This document shows, piece by piece, positions 58,217 to 64,000 of a DNA stretch of 64,000 bases. A program made the translations under genes and the position numbers. Positions within the stretch are counted from its first letter, which is position 1. Every line of letters starts with the position of its first letter. The notes under the pieces are model-generated. The model searched no databases. It had not been told where the DNA came from and saw only the letters and a list, made by a program, of their open reading frames with translations. Source of the DNA: Candidatus Brevefilum sp. (GTDB taxonomy: Bacteria; Chloroflexota; Anaerolineae; Anaerolineales; Anaerolineaceae); the NCBI GenBank assembly GCA_040772425.1, contig JAXGYD010000001.1, positions 1,340,931 to 1,404,930 of the forward strand, in the 5' to 3' direction.

Positions 58217-58288
58217 TGGCGAAGGGCGGATTTGAACCGCCAACCAATGGCTTATGAGTCCACTGCTCTACCATTGAGCTACTTCGCC
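58217..58288 (-). tRNA. tRNA with CAT anticodon (elongator Met, or Ile2 if lysidine-modified)
   Basis: Hand-folded cloverleaf: GGCGAAG TA GCTC AATGGTA GAGC A GTGGA CTCATAA GCCAT TGGTT GGCGG TTCAAAT CCGCC CTTCGCC A. It lacks initiator features (G1-C72 pair, no GGG/CCC in the anticodon stem). Confidence 0.88.
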
Positions 58289-58311
58289 TAACACGTTTTC
58301 ACGTGTTCGAT

Positions 58312-58340
58312 ATCTTACTATGGCTTTCCCAAATTGTCAA
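58312..58340 (-). promoter_or_regulatory. Sigma-70-type promoter for the tRNA gene
   Basis: On the minus strand: TTGACA (58340-58335), a 17-nt spacer, then TAAGAT (58317-58312). It lies about 24 nt upstream of the mature tRNA 5' end. Confidence 0.6.
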
Positions 58341-58345
58341 TATTT

Positions 58346-59089
58346 TTAATGGCGACGCGCCCCTGCCCCAGAGGATTTGAATGCTGGATAAACCCCATCC
58401 TCAGTCATCGGGATATAGGTCGGTTCGGGTTTAGTGCCACGCTTGCTGCTCTTTTCTGCCTTGGGTGTCCGGCTGAAGCTGAGGGTTGGCGTTGGTATTG
58501 CCTGCTCCGGATGGGCAGCCCGACTCTGCGCCTGGCGCAATTCCCGGCGTGAAAGCGTCCCCTGCGGGGTTAGCTTGGCCGGGTGCAGCACTTGGTCACT
58601 CTTTTTGGAAAGCGTCCCGATCAGCAGGATGCGCACAACCCACACCATTAATGCAATCAGGATCGGCACAACGTGGGTCACCAGACCAGCGTCTACCACG
58701 CCGGTGCTGGCAGCCTGATGGTTGCTGATCGCTAGCACCACGCCCCACCAGGTCAGCAGGGCGTTCATCGTGGCGGCCATGATCCAGGTGCCAAACAAGA
58801 ACCACACCTTGCGAGGTTCGTCTTGGTCAGTTTGGGGCGTGAACAACCTTGCGATGCCAGCAAAGTCGATGCCACAGAAGGCGATTGAGAGCAGGGTCGC
58901 CCAGCGCACGCCGGCAAATTCAAAGGCCCCCAGCAGATCCGAAAGGGCGAATTCGGTCGTGCTGAAATTGAAAGCCTCAAAGGCGATCAGGGCTAGGATC
59001 AGGATCAGCATATACTGGATGCCCTGTTTGCGCTTGAGGGTCGATAAGGAACTAGAAAATGAATTTTGAACCGAATGACTGATGTTCAT
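58346..59089 (-). CDS. Hypothetical membrane protein with a basic/Pro-rich C-terminal tail; GC-rich relative to neighbours
   Basis: Four clear TM helices. GGAGG lies 6 nt upstream of the ATG at 59089. The tail is probably disordered (RRELRQAQSRAAHPEQAIPTP...KRGTKPEP). Confidence 0.6.
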   Translation of the reverse strand: MNISHSVQNSFSSSLSTLKRKQGIQYMLILILALIAFEAFNFSTTEFALSDLLGAFEFAGVRWATLLSIAFCGIDFAGIARLFTPQTDQDEPRKVWFLFGTWIMAATMNALLTWWGVVLAISNHQAASTGVVDAGLVTHVVPILIALMVWVVRILLIGTLSKKSDQVLHPAKLTPQGTLSRRELRQAQSRAAHPEQAIPTPTLSFSRTPKAEKSSKRGTKPEPTYIPMTEDGVYPAFKSSGAGARRH

Positions 59090-59166
59090 GGCTACCTCCA
59101 CAGCGAATATCATTTGATGTAGAGATATTATAGAACAAGCGTTCTAAGTTGTCAAGAGGGAAAAGA

Positions 59167-59376
59167 TTTGGCTGAAAGCTCAAAGGTAAAAGCTGAAAGA
59201 ACTTGGCTCGTAGCTGGTAGTTGGTAGCCGGTAGCCATTATCTGTTAATATCATTAGAAAGCTACAAGCTAAAAACCACGAACTACTCGCCAAAATTCAC
59301 TACTCACCATTCACTTCCCTCCAATCACCGAATACCTGGAACCTATTACCTAACTCACCAAACTAACCAAGCTCCA
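59167..59376. repeat. Long degenerate heptanucleotide tandem array (~30 units) filling an intergenic region
   Basis: Fixed 7-nt phase, for example gaaagct caaaggt aaaagct, then cgtagct ggtagtt ggtagcc ggtagcc, then ctactca ccattca cttccct ccaatca ccgaata cctggaa cctatta. It runs into the last codons of the YhhN gene. Confidence 0.7.
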
Positions 59377-60063
59377 CGCCAGACTAATTTGCGCAGTGTG
59401 ATAGCACACCCAGGAAACCAGACGTACCCTGGTATTTTTAATCACAAAGCGATCGTAAGCCAGGAGGAAATCTGCAACGAAGAACAAAGTCCCCCCGATG
59501 GCAACATACAACCAATGCATGGCAAAATCCGGCATAAATCGCAACAGGGCAATCGACAAAGCCATCAACCCGCTCAAGACAAAGGCATACCCTTGCAGGG
59601 CATTCTGAAAGACTCTGCTGGCGCTCCTTGCTTGTAATACAGGAGTGAAAACACGAAAAAATACGACCATCCCTCCAACCCACGCGACTGGCCCCAGGAT
59701 GAGGAAAGCAACATGGTACCAGCGAACATCCCCGACGAGGGAAGCGCTAAGGATCAGCATTATGATCAAGGCAATGTAAAACAGGTGTCCAATTAAGAAT
59801 GCCGCCAAGCCAATTATGAAGCCTTTTTTGGGAATTAATAAACTGACATCGCCTAAAAAACCAAAACCCTGGGCGCATAACAATAGGATCGCTCCCAACT
59901 CAAGAGGTTTCTTCAGGGCAATGGCCGTCCACAGGATGATGGAGATCATCACCAGAGGTTTGGTAAAATATTTGATCTTTTCCAGTTTAAAACGATAGAC
60001 CAGGTAGTTTATGATAAATATTAGGGCAACCCCCAGTCCAGCGTAGAATAAGGCATCACTCAT
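59350..60063 (-). CDS. YhhN family (lysoplasmalogenase-like) membrane protein
   Basis: 237 aa and about 8 TM helices. Motifs FLGDVSLL and FFVADFLLAYDRF fit YhhN. Overlaps the era stop by 8 nt. Confidence 0.7.
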   Translation of the reverse strand: MSDALFYAGLGVALIFIINYLVYRFKLEKIKYFTKPLVMISIILWTAIALKKPLELGAILLLCAQGFGFLGDVSLLIPKKGFIIGLAAFLIGHLFYIALIIMLILSASLVGDVRWYHVAFLILGPVAWVGGMVVFFRVFTPVLQARSASRVFQNALQGYAFVLSGLMALSIALLRFMPDFAMHWLYVAIGGTLFFVADFLLAYDRFVIKNTRVRLVSWVCYHTAQISLAWSLVSLVS

Positions 60064-60979
60064 GGCTCAATCCATATCGTCGTAAAAATTCAGGGTTATC
60101 ACGCCAGTTCTTCTCCACCTTGACCTGCAGCTCCAGGAAGACTTTCTCGCCACTCATGGCTTCAATTTCCTGGCGTGCCATGGTGCTGATTTCTTTAATC
60201 ATGCTACCCCGCTTACCGATCACAATCCCCTTTTGCGATTCTCGCTCCACGAATATGGTGGCATGGATGTAGCGCAGGTTATCATCCCGCAGTTTGTAAT
60301 CGTTTACCCGTACAAAAACACCATAGGGCACCTCGTCTCGCAGATGATGCAAGGCTGCCGCCCGGATCAAATCCTCAGCGATTTCACGCTCATAAGTTGC
60401 CGTAATCTGCCCATCCGGGTAATACTTGGGTCCTTCAGGTAAGAGTTCGATGATGCGCGCCAGCAAAGCGTCCCGACCCGCTGCCGTGGTGGCAGAAATG
60501 CGGATCACGTCATCAAAATCCAATAAATCCTGGTAAGCTGCCTGGTGCTGATCAATCGTTTGGGGGTCAGCCGCATCAACTTTGTTCATCACCAATAGCT
60601 TTGGGACATCACTGGTGCTTTGACGGATTTCCTCAGCCAATTGGCGGTCCTCCCCATCAGGAAATTGGGTGCTATCCACCATAAATAGGAGCAAATCGGC
60701 GTCCATGAGGGCATAGCGCGCCTCTTCATTGATAAATTCGCTTAATTTATAACTCTCCGAATGTAAACCTGGGGTATCAATGAAAATGACCTGGGCCTCA
60801 TCAGTGGTCAGGATGCCCAATTGGCGTCTTCGGGTGGTTTGCGGTTTATAAGAAACAGCCGCAATCTTTTGACCGATGGTGGCATTTAATAATGTCGATT
60901 TACCCACGTTTGGCTTACCCACCAAAGCCACATAACCCGATTTGTAACCTCCAAAATTTTCTCCATTTAAATCTGTCAT
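60056..60979 (-). CDS. era: GTPase Era
   Basis: G1 motif GKPNVGKSTLLN, DTPG and NKVD, with a C-terminal KH domain (GIVIGKRGSMIKEI). Confidence 0.95.
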   Translation of the reverse strand: MTDLNGENFGGYKSGYVALVGKPNVGKSTLLNATIGQKIAAVSYKPQTTRRRQLGILTTDEAQVIFIDTPGLHSESYKLSEFINEEARYALMDADLLLFMVDSTQFPDGEDRQLAEEIRQSTSDVPKLLVMNKVDAADPQTIDQHQAAYQDLLDFDDVIRISATTAAGRDALLARIIELLPEGPKYYPDGQITATYEREIAEDLIRAAALHHLRDEVPYGVFVRVNDYKLRDDNLRYIHATIFVERESQKGIVIGKRGSMIKEISTMARQEIEAMSGEKVFLELQVKVEKNWRDNPEFLRRYGLSHE

Positions 60980-61014
60980 TGCATTTCCTCATTTTTATTC
61001 TTCATCGATGCCCA

Positions 61015-61542
61015 TCAACCCGCCTTCAAGATACGATCCCCTTCAACACGATGGCCTTCTAGGGTGAGCAGTAATACCTTGGCGTCCAGGCCGCCAGCAT
61101 AGCCGTCTAACCGACCATCAGCTCCGATCACCCGGTGGCAGGGGATTATGATCAACAGCGGGTTGGAGCCCAAAGCCTTACCAACCGCTCGCGCTGCACC
61201 CGGTTTTCCAAGTGCTCGGGCAAGGCCGCCGTAGGTGCACACCTCACCGTATGGGATTTCTGCCGTCAACGCCAAGACATCTTTTTGGAACCCTGAGAAA
61301 AGGTCCCAGTCAATCCCAATCGAAAATTGCTGGCATGCGCCGGAAAAATAAGCCTCCAATTCACACACTACCTGGTTGATTGCTGCAAAGCCAGGGTTTG
61401 CAGAACTTTGCACCCCAACAGCGGAGCCTGTCTGAGGAGCGCCCTTCAGGAGAAAAGTCAGGCTTAACAACCCCCTTTCACCAGCTTCAATTTGAATCAG
61501 CCCCAGGGGTGAGTTGTAAAAAGTCTTTTGTCGGTCGCGCAC
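61015..61542 (-). CDS. ogt: Methylated-DNA--protein-cysteine methyltransferase
   Basis: Active-site PCHRV and the helix-turn-helix YGGLARALG. The start is uncertain. I chose the GTG at 61542, which has GGAGG upstream. The track ORF extends to 61656. Confidence 0.85.
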   Translation of the reverse strand: MRDRQKTFYNSPLGLIQIEAGERGLLSLTFLLKGAPQTGSAVGVQSSANPGFAAINQVVCELEAYFSGACQQFSIGIDWDLFSGFQKDVLALTAEIPYGEVCTYGGLARALGKPGAARAVGKALGSNPLLIIIPCHRVIGADGRLDGYAGGLDAKVLLLTLEGHRVEGDRILKAG

Positions 61543-61908
61543 GATCCTCCAGGAAAAACAACCTAATTCCAATATGTACAATCTTACCTTAATAATCTGA
61601 TCCAAAGGAGAAAATACGCTCTGCTCAGCCCTATTTGAAATCAAGTTGTGGATCAATCGTAGGTCAACTGTCGGTTAAGCGTCAAGCAAAACATTGATCT
61701 AGCGGCTATCATAGAAGCTGATTAGTGTAACATTTCTCCTTCTCCTCCTTAATGAACGTGCCCGGGTTGGCGTCCTAGGCACGTTCAATTGGTTAACGCC
61801 TGAGTTGCTTTGGATAAATATCGCAGAGTTGTCTCTTTTTCAACTTTAGACGACGCCAATCTTGAGTATAATCAAAGAAGACAATCATCATTATTTTTTG
61901 GAGAAATC

Positions 61909-62463
61909 ATGAGCAAGAAACGAGAAACCTACGGAATCGATATCGCCGGAGTCCACCGAGAATTAGAATTGTTTGAGATTAAACCTGGTTTGCGGATTGC
62001 CATCCTCAACATCCTGGGCGACACGGAACTGGTGGATGCCTGCGCCAAAGCCCTCGCGGAAAAACTAACTGACATCGATTATCAAGCCCTTGTGACCGCA
62101 GAAGCCAAGAGCATCCCTCTGGCGCACATGCTCTCCATCGAGACGGGCAAACCTTACGTGATCTTGCGCAAGTCATATAAGCCTTATATGGGCAATGCCA
62201 TCTCTTCTGAGACCCTCTCCATCACCACCGGCAAACCTCAAACCCTTTATCTGGATGAAAAGGATCGCGGCCTGATCAAAGGTGCCAATGTGATCATCCT
62301 GGATGATGTCATCAGCACCGGGTCCACCCTGCAGAGCATGCGCATGATCCTGGAAAAAGCCGGCGCAAATGTGATTGCAGAAGCCGCCATCCTCACCGAG
62401 GGTGAACGGGCTAAGTGGTCGAATATCATCGCCTTGGGGCATCTCCCCGTTTTTTCCGATTAG
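61909..62463 (+). CDS. Type I phosphoribosyltransferase (adenine/purine PRTase-like)
   Basis: PRPP loop VIILDDVISTGSTL. Length is 184 aa from the ATG at 61909. Confidence 0.75.
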   Translation: MSKKRETYGIDIAGVHRELELFEIKPGLRIAILNILGDTELVDACAKALAEKLTDIDYQALVTAEAKSIPLAHMLSIETGKPYVILRKSYKPYMGNAISSETLSITTGKPQTLYLDEKDRGLIKGANVIILDDVISTGSTLQSMRMILEKAGANVIAEAAILTEGERAKWSNIIALGHLPVFSD

Positions 62464-62489
62464 ACATAATCGCACCCGCAAAAACACCT

Positions 62490-62530
62490 CCAGCCAGTCA
62501 GAAAGTGTGATTGGCTGGTTTTAATTTTTC
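62490..62530 (+). terminator. Intrinsic terminator after the PRTase gene
   Basis: ccagccagtca / tgattggctgg forms an 11-bp stem with one G-T pair, followed by ttttaattttt. Confidence 0.65.
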
Positions 62531-62702
62531 CATCTCGAATTGCGAATAAATTCAATAAATTCGCCCCTTTCCCCCGTACCTAAAACGGATTTTTAGCGTT
62601 AATAATTATAGAAACTTAGATAAGAAATATGAGCCTGATTTGTCACATTATTGGTGCCAGTTTAGTTTCATTTTTCGGAATATAACGGAAAGGAGGTTGT
62701 CC

Positions 62703-62795
62703 ATGAGTGCTGCAGTTTATATGGTCGTTGGTCTTATCGCTGTTTTATTCGCGCTGATCAGCATCATTGGGCTCGACTATGAAGAGATTAGTTGA
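62703..62795 (+). CDS. 30-codon hydrophobic small ORF (single TM helix)
   Basis: AAGGAGG lies 6 nt upstream of the ATG. The peptide is MSAAVYMVVGLIAVLFALISIIGLDYEEIS. A hairpin follows it. It is below the size cutoff of the ORF track. Confidence 0.45.
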   Translation: MSAAVYMVVGLIAVLFALISIIGLDYEEIS

Positions 62796-62814
62796 CCAAC
62801 CCGATCAAAAAAGT

Positions 62815-62862
62815 GAATCACCCCAACAGCATCATGGCAACCCTGAACTGTTGGGGTGATTC
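62815..62862 (+). terminator. Long hairpin after the small ORF
   Basis: gaatcaccccaacag / ctgttggggtgattc forms a 15-bp perfect stem with an 18-nt loop. Only a weak T-tract follows (ccaattattt). Confidence 0.5.
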
Positions 62863-63300
62863 CCAATTATTTATATTCATTTATGCCGTACAAGGTAGTC
62901 ACAAAATTCCAAAATCTTATAAATTCAAACATTGACGGAAAAAAGCCTTCTCATGGAGCGAAGCGGAACACCTTTATGTGCTGGGAGAAAGGCGTGCCGA
63001 ATGAGGGGTTTCAAGGTAATTCCAAATCTAATGTTCATTCGGCAGTAGAAAAACCACTACTTATCAGAAAACTATTCTCTTAAATCCTTTAGTTATTGTT
63101 CCTCATCAGTCTTCTTTGCAGACAACTTCCCCAAAGTGAAGACTTGGTTCACAAAACTTCCACATTAACGGCAAGCCAAGCTCATTCCAAAAAGAAAATC
63201 TGGCCTTTTCAAACACCTACTTAATTATTTGTTCTAATTAACCCATTTTTTTTGCCCAACACCTGTTAAAATAAGACCATAAGAAACCATAGGAGGTCTC

Positions 63301-64000
63301 ATGCAAATTCGCATTGGCATGGAAAATAATATCGAGGGGCGCAGCCTGGCTTGGGCCTTGGATTATCCTGGATGTTTTGCCTATGGCGAAGATCAGGCAG
63401 AAGCCTTGCTGCGGTTACCCCACGCTCTGCTAAAATATGAGGCGTGGATTGATACCCACACATCCCAACCCTGGGTCCATTTTGATGATTTTGATCTGCG
63501 GGTGGTTGATAGCTTTACAACCTTCCGAATCGACGATGATTACAAATTAGTACCGGAAGGCCAGGGCTATGAAATTAATGCCTGGTTTCTCGATGATTGG
63601 CGCCCCCTGACTAACCTGGAAATTGAGCGGGGGTTGTTGATTTTCCAGTGGCAGCGGGATGAGCTATTGGCAGGGCTTTCAACCCTTTCCATCGATACCC
63701 TTGAGAAACAGCGACCGGGCGAACGCTGGAACATCCTGGGCATTGTCAAACACGTCGCCAACGCTGAACTCTGGTACCTCTCACGGATGGGATTGACGAC
63801 CCTTACCCGCAAAGACCTGCTGCCTGATCCAACCGAGCGCTTAGACCAGACCGCATCGATCATCAAGACAATCTTCCCAAAATTTGCTGGCAAAGTCAAG
63901 GTCATTGGACTCGATGGCGAATTTTGGTCCTATAGGAAAATTCTTCGCCGTACCCTTTGGCACCAGCGCGATCACATTGAACATATCAAATCCCTCGTGT
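63301..64000 (+). CDS. DinB-family (four-helix-bundle metalloprotein-like) protein with an N-terminal HicB/UPF0150-like segment; 3' end outside window
   Basis: Absent from the ORF track because no stop codon falls inside the window. RBS GGAGG precedes the ATG at 63301. N-terminus MQIRIGMENNIEGRSLAWALDYPGCFAYGEDQAEAL. DinB-like His motifs (IVKHVANAELWY, LWHQRDHIEHI). Confidence 0.65.
   Translation, partial: MQIRIGMENNIEGRSLAWALDYPGCFAYGEDQAEALLRLPHALLKYEAWIDTHTSQPWVHFDDFDLRVVDSFTTFRIDDDYKLVPEGQGYEINAWFLDDWRPLTNLEIERGLLIFQWQRDELLAGLSTLSIDTLEKQRPGERWNILGIVKHVANAELWYLSRMGLTTLTRKDLLPDPTERLDQTASIIKTIFPKFAGKVKVIGLDGEFWSYRKILRRTLWHQRDHIEHIKSLV

Noticed and set aside
58013-59400. tRNA-linked genomic island or prophage remnant.
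   Set aside because: There is no integrase or recombinase, no direct repeat of the tRNA 3' end, and only one anomalous gene. It is reported only as a compositional oddity.
62856-63083. 75-aa plus-strand ORF in the gap before the DinB-like gene.
   Set aside because: There is no RBS and the composition is not protein-like. The ORF spans a 10-bp-stem hairpin (tgccgaatga 62995-63004 / tcattcggca 63035-63044). The region is more likely non-coding.
1-64000. CRISPR arrays, transposases/IS elements, rRNA genes, inteins or group II introns.
   Set aside because: I found no regularly spaced 25-40-nt direct repeats and no DDE or serine/tyrosine recombinase-like ORFs. I found no rRNA-like conserved blocks. 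The catalytic motifs of nrdJ and the other large genes are contiguous.

Overview
The window is mostly conserved chromosomal backbone from a moderate-GC bacterium. My impression is Chloroflexota/Anaerolineae-like, but this cannot be verified from sequence alone. It has four parts:

- **Left part (1-9.6 kb).** A beta-propeller protein, a pair of papain-like-fold proteins and small-molecule enzymes. Then, on the minus strand, a tRNA nucleotidyltransferase, hpt, tdk and the ribosomal operon rplU-rpmA-rpmE.
- **Centre (10.0-27.4 kb).** A nearly complete division and cell wall (dcw) cluster on the plus strand: promoter, MraZ operator array, mraZ, rsmH, ftsL-like, ftsI, murF, mraY, murD, ftsW, murG, a cvpA-like gene, a fused murC-murB, ddl, ftsQ, ftsA and ftsZ. 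murE is absent from its usual slot.
- **Next (28-47 kb).** ptsI and a LysM gene, nrdR-nrdJ, a hydrolase and a deoxynucleoside kinase. Then an ECF sigma / anti-sigma / bactofilin-like / toastrack operon and a DUF333 lipoprotein. Then nadD-obg, a COG2403-like P-loop protein, argS, rpsT, an orphan 439-aa protein with a Pol-beta nucleotidyltransferase motif, and RNase P RNA.
- **Right part (47.5-64 kb), more accessory-looking.** Small Gly-rich and secreted proteins, an NTF2-SDR-FAD oxidoreductase operon and an LCM-type methyltransferase flanked by a diverged ~120-nt repeat. Then a GH13 lipoprotein, DJ-1/PfpI, a five-heme cytochrome c lipoprotein, tRNA(CAT), a GC-rich membrane gene, YhhN-era, ogt, a PRTase, a 30-codon hydrophobic ORF and a partial DinB-like gene.

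I saw no CRISPR array, transposase, integrase or rRNA.

The most unusual observations:
1. A ribosomal protein L31 fused to an RNA polymerase alpha-CTD-like domain.
2. Degenerate 7-nt tandem repeat arrays in several intergenic regions.
3. The orphan nucleotidyltransferase-like protein.
4. The MurC-MurB fusion.
5. The repeat element flanking the methyltransferase.

All homology calls come from reading motifs by eye. No searches were run.
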